Shown here in pieces: positions 1-8,778 of a DNA stretch of 28,488 nucleotides. The DNA comes from a virus. Its lineage: Duplodnaviria > Heunggongvirae > Uroviricota > Caudoviricetes. The stretch spans positions 1-28,488 of IMG/VR virus record IMGVR_UViG_2609460354_000008; one strand, 5' to 3'. Below the pieces are notes generated by a model. That model did no database searches. It worked only from the letters and a program-made list of their open reading frames with translations, and had not been told where the DNA came from. Made by a program: the position numbers and the translations under genes. Every line of letters starts with the position of its first letter. Within the stretch, counting starts at the first letter, position 1.

Positions 1-221
1 ACCCGCAAACCACACTTCCCTTTAAAACGCGTAACATACATTGCCTGCGTTTAACTTTCTTTGAACTCTTGCAGAAAAATGAGAATTCGTGAGTACGATC
101 ACTCAAAATCGCCTGGCAAAAATAAAATCACCCTATAGATGCACAAAAAACGGGCAAAACTACCTGGTTCGCAAAACTGCGTCTAAAGTTAAACCGGGAC
201 CTCGCGAGCAAGGGTGAGACG

Positions 222-290
222 ATGGCGCTTTACACAATTGGTGAAGTGGCGTTGCTTTGTGATATTAATCCTGTCACGTTACGCGCGTGA
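222..290 (+). pseudogene. 5' fragment (22 codons then TGA) of a MerR-family HTH regulator gene, MlrA/YehV-like N-terminus (MALYTIGEVALLCDINPVTLRA*); probable host gene interrupted at the prophage boundary
   Basis: ATG at 222 preceded by an AGGGTGAG RBS-like stretch; translation matches the MerR/MlrA-type N-terminal HTH, then stops where LRAWQRRYG would be expected. The match to MlrA is from memory, not a search. Confidence 0.4.
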
Positions 291-483
291 CGCAACATTT
301 TTAAAAATCGACGAAGATCGTCCAGGAGCGCCGTTTTTCAAGGGTTGGATAGATGATTCGTTTACCATGTCGACGAACTTCGACGAATTTCGCCGATAAA
401 AAGTGTCCCATACATGCCCCATTGATGCCCCATAAACAATATCAGGAATTGACACTGGTTATCCATACAGATAAAAATAACAC

Positions 484-499
484 CTGTACATAACTACAG
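484..499. promoter_or_regulatory. LexA (SOS) box CTGT-N8-ACAG upstream of the dinI-like gene, with a TTGACA -35-like hexamer at about 449-454
   Basis: Sequence CTGTACATAACTACAG lies 16 bp upstream of the ATG at 515. AGGAGG RBS at about 504-509. Confidence 0.55.
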
Positions 500-514
500 T
501 TACAGGAGGGTGTT

Positions 515-763
515 ATGCGTGTTGAGATCTGTATCGCTAAAGAAAAAATCACTAAAATGCCAAACGGTGCTGTGGATGCGTTAAAGGAAGAATTAACCCG
601 ACGCATCAGTAAACGTTATGACGATGTAGAGGTGATCGTAAAAGCCACCAGCAACGATGGCCTTTCTGTTACGCGCACCGCCGATAAAGATTCAGCTAAA
701 ACTTTTGTTCAGGAGACTCTGAAAGATACCTGGAAGTCTGCTGACGAGTGGTTTTTTCACTAA
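515..763 (+). CDS. DinI-family DNA-damage-inducible protein (82 aa)
   Basis: Translation [11 protein letters not shown]...[16 protein letters not shown] aligns along its length with DinI (MRIEVTIAK...ETWESADDWF). Strong AGGAGG RBS and an upstream LexA box. Confidence 0.8.
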   Translation: MRVEICIAKEKITKMPNGAVDALKEELTRRISKRYDDVEVIVKATSNDGLSVTRTADKDSAKTFVQETLKDTWKSADEWFFH

Positions 764-866
764 TTAACACGTAAAATCGGTAACGGCTGGAAATCATTCA
801 ATACTCGCACTATCGAAAGTTCGCCAGCCAGCCGTGGCACGTTCTTGCATACGATGTGCTACGGTT

Positions 867-1421
867 TCATTCATCTCCGACCGGAAACTTCTTATACAAA
901 GTCGATACGCCAACATCATAGATGATCACCACCTTCTGGCGAGAAACTCCTGATGCAATTTGTCGTCCGGCCTGCGCCCATTGTTCTGGTGTAAGTTTGG
1001 GACGACGTCCACCAATTCGTCCCTGTGCGCGAGCAGCTTCCAGTCCAGCTTTTGTTCGTTCAACAATCAGTTCTCGTTCCATTTCAGCCAGGGCCCCCAT
1101 CACATGAAAGAAAAAGCGCCCCATTGGGGTACTGGTATCAATTGAATCCGTCAGACTACGAAAGTTGATGCCTCGTTCGCGCAACTCCTCCACCAGCACG
1201 ACAAGATGCCGCATACTGCGCCCCAGTCGGTCCAGTTTCCAGACCACCAGCGTGTCACCTGCCGATAATGTCCTGAGCAGTTTTTTCAGTCCCGGCCTTT
1301 CGGACTTTGTGCCGCTTATCTTGTCTTCAAAAATCAGCTCGCATCCTGCACAGTTCAGCGCATTACGTTGTAGATCTGTGTTCTGGTCATTTGTTGATAC
1401 GCGTACATAGCCAATAAGCAT
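867..1421 (-). CDS. pin: Serine recombinase, Pin/Gin/Hin-family DNA invertase (start set at internal Met MLIGYVRVSTNDQ)
   Basis: N-terminal catalytic motif YVRVSTNDQNTDLQ and C-terminal HTH (VSTLYKK); near-identical along its length to e14 Pin as recalled. Adjacent to a tail-fibre segment bounded by inverted repeats. Confidence 0.9.
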   Translation of the reverse strand: MLIGYVRVSTNDQNTDLQRNALNCAGCELIFEDKISGTKSERPGLKKLLRTLSAGDTLVVWKLDRLGRSMRHLVVLVEELRERGINFRSLTDSIDTSTPMGRFFFHVMGALAEMERELIVERTKAGLEAARAQGRIGGRRPKLTPEQWAQAGRQIASGVSRQKVVIIYDVGVSTLYKKFPVGDE

Positions 1422-1482
1422 GGTAGATCCCCCTGACAAAAGCAGGAATGATGCCATTTGCTCGTTATTTCTGCATTTTCAT

Positions 1483-1502
1483 AAACGTTGGTTTGGGAGA
1501 AG
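1483..1502. repeat. Left crossover site (pix/gix-like) of the invertible tail-fibre segment: AAACGTTGGTTTGGGAGAAG
   Basis: A 15-nt core TTGGTTTGGGAGAAG is present here and in inverted orientation at 3414-3428; both encode the GLGE peptide in the two alternative fibre reading frames. Confidence 0.6.
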
Positions 1503-1942
1503 CGGCAAAACGGAATGTGGGCAACGGGGAAAACCAAATCCCTGATATGTCTTTCTGGACGGTTACTGGTGGCAATGGAAATTTTGTGATTCGTCAACCT
1601 GACGGGCTAATCACTCAGATGGTTACTGTAAGTATAAGCGGTCCAGTGGCGATGAATGGAATGACTGATAATGCTTATGCCATTACAGGTTCTAATAAGT
1701 CTTATATTGCCACAGCCACATTGCCCTTTGTATTTCCTAATAAGGTGCTGGGCGTTATCCCTCTGGTATCAACAACAGCCTATGGTGGTGTATCCAGTAA
1801 TATTACAGGTTCATACGCGACGGCGGTTTGTTCTTTTGCCGCTGTCCGGGGGAATAATACGATTGTATTCAAAGTCGACAAACCACTGAATGCAGCCTTT
1901 CCTTCAGATACCAGCGTCTCAGCGTTAATCATTGGACGGTAA
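1503..1942 (+). CDS. Alternative tail-fibre C-terminal variable segment, silent in this orientation (would fuse to the constant N-terminus after inversion)
   Basis: Plus-strand ORF inside the invertible segment; its NVGLGE matches NLGLGE at the crossover in the expressed fibre; followed by its own tail-fibre assembly gene. Confidence 0.55.
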
Positions 1943-1944
1943 TA

Positions 1945-2388
1945 ATGAACTCAGTATTCTTTTCACCCGGAAGTAAAAGTTTTTATCTACAAGAATTGTT
2001 TCCAGAATATGAGGATGCGGGAACGCTTCCAGATGATGTTATTGAAATTACCCGAGAAACATATGAGAAATTTCTTGGGCTGCATCCAGAAGGGAAAGAA
2101 ATTGGCGCTGACAGTTCAGGACGGCCAATATGGATTAATTCCCCACCGCCTTCAAAAGAGGATGAGGTGTTGATGGCTGAAATGAAAAAAATATCTTTGG
2201 TTTCAGAAGCCAATACTTACATCAATACCCATCAGTGGCCTGGCAAAGCTGCTATTGGTCGTCTGAAAGGTAACGAGCTGGAGCAATATAATTTATGGCT
2301 GGATTATCTGGACGCACTGGAACTGGTTGATCCCTCCAGTGCTCCAGATATTGAATGGCCTACGCCTCCGGCAGTTCAGGCCAGATGA
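1945..2388 (+). CDS. Tail fibre assembly protein (alternative copy, inside the invertible segment)
   Basis: 147 aa; C-terminus ...LWLDYLDALELVDPSSAPDIEWPTPP is Tfa-like and parallels the C-terminus of the convergent copy (AVLDYIDAVTATDTSTAPNVIWPELPEA). Confidence 0.7.
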   Translation: MNSVFFSPGSKSFYLQELFPEYEDAGTLPDDVIEITRETYEKFLGLHPEGKEIGADSSGRPIWINSPPPSKEDEVLMAEMKKISLVSEANTYINTHQWPGKAAIGRLKGNELEQYNLWLDYLDALELVDPSSAPDIEWPTPPAVQAR

Positions 2389-2962
2389 CATTCGGCGCGG
2401 TGCTGGTATCTGTTGCCGTCACCGCGTCAATATAATCCAGCACAGCGTTAAGTCTGGTGTTTTCTGGCTGCGTCAGCTTCCGCCCGGCCTGTAATTTCAG
2501 TTGAATCAGACTGATGGAAGCCATTGCAGCATCAATCAGCGACTGGCGCTGTGCTTCTGCCGCTTCTACTGCGGCGCTATGCTGTGCCTCGGTATCCGTC
2601 ACCCATTTCTCACCATCCCATTTATCGTATGGCGTTAACGGGGCGATAGTGGTTGTATTTTCAGGGTAATCACCCGGAGCTGTGATTTCTTTTGATTCTC
2701 CTGTTTCAGTGCTATAGACCGTTTCACCGCGATGGTCTGGCACATATTCCCATGAGTTAAAATCTGCAGAACGGCAAATTGCATAACCAGCTTTATATGA
2801 GCCAGGAGCATCTAAACAGGAACATGCCGGGATACCGACACCCACAGCAAGATATTCAGTTGATGTGGAAATATATTCTCGTGTTTCACAATCATAGTTA
2901 TAAACGGTAATATTCCCTGCCGCAGTAGCAATCAATTCACTATTTAATTCTGCATTATTCAT
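2360..2962 (-). CDS. Tail fibre assembly protein (copy in the expressed orientation)
   Basis: 200 aa immediately downstream of, and start/stop-overlapping, the tail fibre gene; Tfa-like C-terminus. Confidence 0.75.
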   Translation of the reverse strand: MNNAELNSELIATAAGNITVYNYDCETREYISTSTEYLAVGVGIPACSCLDAPGSYKAGYAICRSADFNSWEYVPDHRGETVYSTETGESKEITAPGDYPENTTTIAPLTPYDKWDGEKWVTDTEAQHSAAVEAAEAQRQSLIDAAMASISLIQLKLQAGRKLTQPENTRLNAVLDYIDAVTATDTSTAPNVIWPELPEA

Positions 2963-3717
2963 TATGCGGCCCTCACGATATAGTTAAATGCAATATTACG
3001 CGGACGAAGTTCTGGTGATACCGGAGTCGAACCGCTGACATTAAACGTGTAATCAAACACGGAACCTGATCCAGATGAAGTAGATAAAGTTTCAGCATTT
3101 TTACTTTTTGCTACAGAAACACCACCTAAACCATTTGTTTGTTTAACAGCAAAAAGACCATTAAACGTTCCTGAAATAGACGGCATACCATGAGATTGCG
3201 CAGTGAGAATCCCCCTGCCACTATCAACGCCTCTTCCATCATCCCAGCCACGCATAAACTCACCACGTAAATCAGGCAATTTATTTGTCGGGTAAGCCTT
3301 TGCCAGTTCTGGGTATTCTTCAGCAGAAAAAGCCGCACCATTGCATTTCAGCCAGCCTGTTGGCGGAGTGGCTGCAGGCCACGGAACAGGCACACCAACG
3401 GGTAACGCCGAACCTTCTCCCAAACCAAGGTTTTCGAGAGCCGTTTTCACCGTGCCGTCCGATTTGATATCGCCAAACGGATTTTTGCGGCTTAACAGCA
3501 GCGCACGAAGCGCGGTAAGCAACTGGTCGTGCCGCCCTTTCTCCAGGCTGGCACCGGAGGCCTCCACAACGCTGCAAAGCTCCTCCTGCAACATGTCAAA
3601 GTAGTCATTATCCAGATCGGTGGCAGGTGTGCCGGTCTGGGGGTTACCACGGGTAAAACCGTTCTTACCCGCGCCGAACTTATCCTTCTGCGCGGTTTTC
3701 GTGTCTATACGATGCAT
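2962..3717 (-). CDS. Tail fibre protein with tail-collar domain; constant N-terminal part (about aa 1-96) outside the invertible segment, variable C-terminal part inside
   Basis: 251 aa; [20 protein letters not shown]...[14 protein letters not shown] matches the phage tail-collar domain; the crossover site lies inside the ORF. Confidence 0.8.
   Translation of the reverse strand: MHRIDTKTAQKDKFGAGKNGFTRGNPQTGTPATDLDNDYFDMLQEELCSVVEASGASLEKGRHDQLLTALRALLLSRKNPFGDIKSDGTVKTALENLGLGEGSALPVGVPVPWPAATPPTGWLKCNGAAFSAEEYPELAKAYPTNKLPDLRGEFMRGWDDGRGVDSGRGILTAQSHGMPSISGTFNGLFAVKQTNGLGGVSVAKSKNAETLSTSSGSGSVFDYTFNVSGSTPVSPELRPRNIAFNYIVRAA
3414..3433. repeat. Right crossover site of the invertible segment (inverted copy of 1483-1502); plus strand reads CCAAACCAAGGTTTTCG around an AA centre, hix/gix-like
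   Basis: Reverse complement GAAAACCTTGGTTTGGGAGAAG shares the 15-nt core with the left site. Confidence 0.6.
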
Positions 3718-3720
3718 GAA

Positions 3721-4305
3721 TTACTCCGGATATTTAAAAATTACGTAGGTATGCGACGGGCAGAGTTTGTTAAGCACACACTCGACAACGGTGTCGCCCC
3801 AGATACGCAGTGCGGAATCACAGGGATCGCCACATGTCATCCAGGTGGTGTTGGTGGCGGCTGGCATGTTGACCTGCCAGTAATACCGCCATTCCGGCGC
3901 ATTCACAGCGTCAGTGCAGGCTGATGAGCAGGTGAACGTGCTTTTGTCGTATCGCGTGATGGTAGCGTCTGGTCTGCCCAGGGCAGCAAGCTGTGCAAGG
4001 TAAAAATCCTCATTGATGCCGCCCGCCAGGTTAACCTTCGCATCCAGTCGTTGCTGACGCTGGCGAAGGGTCTGTGTCCCTGCGGGAATACATTCATCCG
4101 GCAGGCCGCACAGACGCTCCCAGCGGTTTATCAGTTCGGTGGTGGTGCGCGGATCCAGCTCCCGCATCAGGGCATCCGCACGCTGATGAACGCGGGTTAA
4201 TGACGGTGCCGAACCGGCAATCGCCGGATCGCTGGCTGACCACGCCGGACCGGGGGGCAACAGTGCAGACAACAGACGGATGTAATCATCGTTTGTCACG
4301 TCCAT
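3721..4305 (-). CDS. Mu gp48-like tail protein (YmfQ/DUF2313-like)
   Basis: 194 aa between the baseplate J-like gene and the tail fibre, the conserved Mu-type position; family call from memory. Confidence 0.6.
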   Translation of the reverse strand: MDVTNDDYIRLLSALLPPGPAWSASDPAIAGSAPSLTRVHQRADALMRELDPRTTTELINRWERLCGLPDECIPAGTQTLRQRQQRLDAKVNLAGGINEDFYLAQLAALGRPDATITRYDKSTFTCSSACTDAVNAPEWRYYWQVNMPAATNTTWMTCGDPCDSALRIWGDTVVECVLNKLCPSHTYVIFKYPE

Positions 4306-5354
4306 GAAATCGTCCCCAGAACCGCCAGTTCATTTTTTGCAATGGAGATATTGTCTGCCGGTGCAAGCAACTGATGGCTGTATTCCCCGTTCGCACCGGA
4401 AATCGCCTCACTGATACGCGACACCTTCAGTTCTCCCTGCGGATAACCATCACGCAGCAGGAACGAACGCAACTCCGCGGTGATGGCAGCCCGTATTTCC
4501 GGTGTATCCGGCGTCACGCGGATATGAAAATCCACTTTATGTGCCACCGGCCTGAACACATACAAGTCAGAGCCTGCCACCGGGGCCAGTGGCCCGATAT
4601 GTTGTCTTGCCGCCGTTTCCGTTGATTCTTCCGGAATGGGATTAATCAGGTCACTGCTGGCAATCATCACACCGACAGTTCCCGTTCCCATCCAGTGACG
4701 GTATGTCCATGCGCGGGTAATGCCGGGCACTTCTTTAGCCCAGACGACATAGTCCCCGTCAGCCCCGCCCTGCGGCGTCCAGTAATACCGCTCAATGACG
4801 CGGGCGCGCCACGTTTCCAGATCTTCAGTATCGAATCCGCCAGTCAGGGTATCTGCAACACCGGAAGACGGCAGACCATTCACCGGCGTGACCAGGATTA
4901 ATGCCGTACCGTCGTCAGCGTTACCGACCGCGCCTGTAGTTGAGCAAGTGATCGGCACACGCAGGACACCACCGGAGCTGGTTGCATCGGCAGTTGCCGT
5001 GTACTGAACCAGGTCATCGCGCTGAATCACGCTCCCGGCGGTCACCTTCAGGCCATCACTGACACCTTCCCAGCGCATATATCCGCTGGCAGCCGTGGCC
5101 CCCTTGCGCGGACACCGTTTCATCGCAGCATGTCGCGCCAGCCAGGACTCATCGCACAGGTCAGGCAGCATGTTCATTGCCAGATAATCGATGTAACCGT
5201 AAACCGTATGCAGCGCCGCCGCATACACCTTTGCCCGCACGTCTTCATCCATGCGCCGGAGCGTGTCGCTGACGTCCAGCCTGGCGAATAAATCGTTACA
5301 GAGCATACTGATATTTTCTGCCAGCGTCGGGCGCTGAAATTCACTGTCCGCCAT
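4296..5354 (-). CDS. Baseplate J-like protein (Mu gp47-like)
   Basis: 352 aa; size and position in a Mu-like baseplate block. Confidence 0.75.
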   Translation of the reverse strand: MADSEFQRPTLAENISMLCNDLFARLDVSDTLRRMDEDVRAKVYAAALHTVYGYIDYLAMNMLPDLCDESWLARHAAMKRCPRKGATAASGYMRWEGVSDGLKVTAGSVIQRDDLVQYTATADATSSGGVLRVPITCSTTGAVGNADDGTALILVTPVNGLPSSGVADTLTGGFDTEDLETWRARVIERYYWTPQGGADGDYVVWAKEVPGITRAWTYRHWMGTGTVGVMIASSDLINPIPEESTETAARQHIGPLAPVAGSDLYVFRPVAHKVDFHIRVTPDTPEIRAAITAELRSFLLRDGYPQGELKVSRISEAISGANGEYSHQLLAPADNISIAKNELAVLGTISWT

Positions 5355-5769
5355 GCGTTATCGCACTCCACAGATCATCAAAAGAAATCATTACCGGTCC
5401 GTCACGACGCCAGAGAGTGATACTGTTACCCAGTTCATTAATCCCGGTGCGGCGGATATCCAGATCAATACGGGACACCACGCCGTCATCAATCATCCAT
5501 TGCAGGCATTCGCGGATATACCCCCTTACCGTCTGCACCAGCTGATTGGTCAGTTTGCTGCGCTGAAGCAGCCACAGTCGGGAGCCGTAACGGTCATTCT
5601 GTACCGCAGGCCAGGTATCCCCCCACCATCCCATCGGGACGTCGGCGTTGTCATCAGGCTCCGCCCGCCGCCAGGTGAACAGGGAAATCACCACGGCGCG
5701 GGTCAGCGGATCCAGCGGTGCGCTGGCGCAGGTGCGTTTACCGTTCACCGTCAGCCACAGTTCCATCAT
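5341..5769 (-). CDS. Baseplate wedge protein (Mu gp46-like)
   Basis: 142 aa; conserved position between the spike and J-like genes. Confidence 0.65.
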   Translation of the reverse strand: MMELWLTVNGKRTCASAPLDPLTRAVVISLFTWRRAEPDDNADVPMGWWGDTWPAVQNDRYGSRLWLLQRSKLTNQLVQTVRGYIRECLQWMIDDGVVSRIDLDIRRTGINELGNSITLWRRDGPVMISFDDLWSAITHGGQ

Positions 5770-6314
5770 GCCTCCATCGCTTTATCAGGTGTGTCGGTGT
5801 TACTGCCCTGACCGTTCTCTCTGTGACGATGCCCGTTATAAGCAAGCCGCATCGCTGACATGGTGGTGCCGCCGGAGTCGCACAGGTCTTTCACCTGTCC
5901 GGTCACTTCAAGGTCCATTTCAAAACGTGCTTCAGGTGCATTGCGAAACGTGATCGTTTTACCTGCACCGTCCACCACGATCCCCTCCCGGGTCAGCATC
6001 ACGGACTGCCCCTGATCGTCATAGACAGCCACCTCACCCGTCTGCAGCCCTTTCAGGCGGTAGCGCCGGTCCGACACCGTAACAACCACCGCATGAGAAC
6101 GGTCGCCATCCGGAAACAACACCACCGCTTCTGCACCGCTGTTTGCCCTTGCGGTAAAACCGTAGGGTTCAAGATGCTCAACCCCGGCTTTGGGTTCACC
6201 GGCAATCAGGGACACATCCACGGTCTGACATTTCGTGGCGGCACTGATGCTTTTCACCACGGCCCGCCCAATCAGGCCGAGGAGTTGTCGCTGCATGGCT
6301 TCAATCGTCCTCAT
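5766..6314 (-). CDS. Baseplate assembly protein V / spike (Mu gp45-like)
   Basis: 182 aa; position after the hub gene. Confidence 0.7.
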   Translation of the reverse strand: MRTIEAMQRQLLGLIGRAVVKSISAATKCQTVDVSLIAGEPKAGVEHLEPYGFTARANSGAEAVVLFPDGDRSHAVVVTVSDRRYRLKGLQTGEVAVYDDQGQSVMLTREGIVVDGAGKTITFRNAPEARFEMDLEVTGQVKDLCDSGGTTMSAMRLAYNGHRHRENGQGSNTDTPDKAMEA

Positions 6315-7393
6315 CAGAACGGGTCCTCCTGTACTCTGGCTTTTTTCTTTTTCCGCGCGCCGGGATCTTCGGGTTCAGGCAGATAAGCATCAGGCGGGCC
6401 GACACGGATTTCCGTCAGGGTGCCGTTCTGGTCCTGAGTAAACGTGACTTCCGAGACAAGCAGTTCGGTATTATCGAAACCACAGACCGGATCAAAGACA
6501 ATCACCCGCTGGTTGGGCTGCCACAGCGTACCGTTACCCTGTCGCCAGCCCTGCACCACATAGGTGGTTTCATCCGTCCGCGCCGCCCGTTGCCGGGCTT
6601 CAAAGTCAGCACGCGCAATACAGCCTGCCCCCGTGGCCTGCCCTGTCTGCCTGATATACATCGGACGGTAACGGGCAATAAATGCGTCCTCTGTGCGGGC
6701 CCGCAGCGCGGTGGTGGTGGCCTCACCGAAATCATCGTCGTTTCCGGCACGCTGCCCCGCCACCTGGTAAACAGAAAACCGCTCCCGGATACTCTTCTCC
6801 GTATCACAGGAAAGGATGTTTTCCCCAAGTACCAGCGCGGTATGTGCCCGCGTTGAGCCAATACCACCAATCACCAGCCTGCCGTGCGGGTCGTCGTAAG
6901 CCAGCGCCTGCTGCTGACCGAGTATTTTGTTGATTACCTCAATCACCGTTTCACCGTGATCAGGCTGAACATCAGGAATAACACCCGATGGCGCACCGCT
7001 GTTCACCACCTCAATGCCGAAAGGCGCAGCAAGCGCCTGCGCAATCTGCACCAGCGAGCGTCCGTTAAACTGTGTCGGTTCGGCTGCACAGTCAATCAGG
7101 TCAGCCGTCAGACTACGTCCGGCAATACCGGTGCTGACCGAACGGGCATCGTAACGAACGGGAGTCGCCTCCACCCAGCCGGTGATCACCAGCTCATCAC
7201 CAATCAGCACTTCCACTTTTGAACCGTTTTTAATGCGCGGCTGAAGCGTGGTGATACCCTCATCTCCCGGCCACTGGCGAGTGATCTCCACACTGAAATC
7301 CCGCGCCAGCCGTTCAATACCGGCACCGATGCGCACCGATGTCCAGCCATTCCACTCCCGGCCATTTACCCGTAGCGTAACATTGTCGTTCAT
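6314..7393 (-). CDS. Baseplate hub protein (Mu gp44 / P2 gpD-like)
   Basis: 359 aa; position downstream of the DNA circularisation gene in a Mu-type tail module. Confidence 0.65.
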   Translation of the reverse strand: MNDNVTLRVNGREWNGWTSVRIGAGIERLARDFSVEITRQWPGDEGITTLQPRIKNGSKVEVLIGDELVITGWVEATPVRYDARSVSTGIAGRSLTADLIDCAAEPTQFNGRSLVQIAQALAAPFGIEVVNSGAPSGVIPDVQPDHGETVIEVINKILGQQQALAYDDPHGRLVIGGIGSTRAHTALVLGENILSCDTEKSIRERFSVYQVAGQRAGNDDDFGEATTTALRARTEDAFIARYRPMYIRQTGQATGAGCIARADFEARQRAARTDETTYVVQGWRQGNGTLWQPNQRVIVFDPVCGFDNTELLVSEVTFTQDQNGTLTEIRVGPPDAYLPEPEDPGARKKKKARVQEDPF

Positions 7394-8718
7394 TGCACTG
7401 GCACCTTCAGAGGGATCACCGGCACAAAGCCGGGATGCGTAATGGCATTACGCCGGATAATGTCCGCGTCACGCGCCGCGTTATCAAACCAGGTCGCCGC
7501 CAGCACCAGCGCGGGTAAAACCTCATCCGGTGTGCGCTGAATGATCCGTGCAGACTGTTCAAGGCGCGTGTTGATATCCGCATTCAGATCTGCTTTCACC
7601 CGGCGCAGCGCCAGAAACAGCGCATCACTGGTTGTACGGGACAACTCCTTATCAATTGCCGTATTCAGTGTGTCGCGAATGTCAGTCAGTTCTTCCCACG
7701 TCGGCAGGTCAACCGTGTTTTTCACCGCCGGTGCATTGTTCAGTGCCGGATGCGTGACGGAAGGCCAGCCAGTGCTCTGCGCGGGTGTTGTTGCCTGCCC
7801 CACTGCGGCATTCTGCATCACCGCGGAAGTTGTTGGCGCAGGCAATCGGGTGACGGCATACGCCGCTTCGCTGATTGCGGTCGTACGAAGGGTGCTGGCA
7901 ACCACGTTACGCTGCTGCGTCGCCGTGGCGGTGGTTTTACTGTCCGTTTTCCAGACGCCGCGCGGTTGCAGATCGCTGCCGAGGCTGACACCGGAAAGCG
8001 TTTTGATCATGGTGACCAGGTCGCTGGCGTTACCATAAAGGCGTTTCCCGGTACGCCACATTTTCTGCACCTGCTCAACGAAATTTTTGCCTGACGATGG
8101 TGGCGGCAGAAGTACCGAGATATCCCCCTGCAACAGCCTGGCAGCATCCGATACGGCAGAATCCACCACTTTCATCGCATCAGAAACATACCCAAGCATT
8201 GTGCTGGCATTACCGACGACGTCGTTCTGCACAAAATCCGCCACGCCATCGATACTGAAACCGCTGAAGCTGTCACTGATGCAGTCATCCAGTGCAGAAC
8301 AGGATGACATCAGCGTCTGCGCCGTCGCCGCACCTGATGTGGGGTAAGAGAGTTCTCCCGCTTCGACAAACTTCAGGTCAAAGCGGACAATACGCCCTTC
8401 ACTCTTCGATGTGCTGACCCGAACCTCTCCATCAACACAGACTTTCAGCTCACCGTAAGTCGGATGGACAAGCGTGCCGGGACCGGGTTTATTCAGCGCG
8501 TCAATCAGGCGATCGCGCTGGTCAAAGCAGTCATCTCCCACCACATAAGCCGTGATGGACGGGCGGAAAGTGATTTTCCCCAGGTCTTCAGTATAGGGTT
8601 TGTCGCGGTTCGGGTATTCGTGCGTTTCCACACGACGACCGGTTCCCGCACTTTCTTCTTCAACCTTAAACGGCACACCGCGAAATGACGCGTCCTGAAG
8701 TCTGTCTTTCCACGTCAT
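7390..8718 (-). CDS. DNA circularisation protein (Mu gp43/N-like); start set at Met15 (MTWKDRLQ)
   Basis: Conserved position after the tape measure gene; GGAG RBS about 6 nt upstream of the ATG at 8718. Confidence 0.65.
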   Translation of the reverse strand: MTWKDRLQDASFRGVPFKVEEESAGTGRRVETHEYPNRDKPYTEDLGKITFRPSITAYVVGDDCFDQRDRLIDALNKPGPGTLVHPTYGELKVCVDGEVRVSTSKSEGRIVRFDLKFVEAGELSYPTSGAATAQTLMSSCSALDDCISDSFSGFSIDGVADFVQNDVVGNASTMLGYVSDAMKVVDSAVSDAARLLQGDISVLLPPPSSGKNFVEQVQKMWRTGKRLYGNASDLVTMIKTLSGVSLGSDLQPRGVWKTDSKTTATATQQRNVVASTLRTTAISEAAYAVTRLPAPTTSAVMQNAAVGQATTPAQSTGWPSVTHPALNNAPAVKNTVDLPTWEELTDIRDTLNTAIDKELSRTTSDALFLALRRVKADLNADINTRLEQSARIIQRTPDEVLPALVLAATWFDNAARDADIIRRNAITHPGFVPVIPLKVPVQ

Positions 8719-8778
8719 ATAAACTCCGTACATAAAAAATCCCACCGGAGTGGGACTCATTAACAGATTAATTTTTCA

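Noticed and set aside
214-399. 61-aa plus-strand ORF in the ORF track
   Set aside because: Better explained as the out-of-frame continuation downstream of a truncated MerR-like gene (222-290); no independent start signals.
7541-8094. Plus-strand ORFs (165 and 114 aa) inside the DNA circularisation gene
   Set aside because: Shadow ORFs with Arg/Ala/Cys-rich junk-like translations.
8719-8760. N-terminal extension of the DNA circularisation protein (track start 8760)
   Set aside because: The extension would translate a hairpin and U-tract and has no RBS, whereas Met15 at 8718 has a GGAG RBS.
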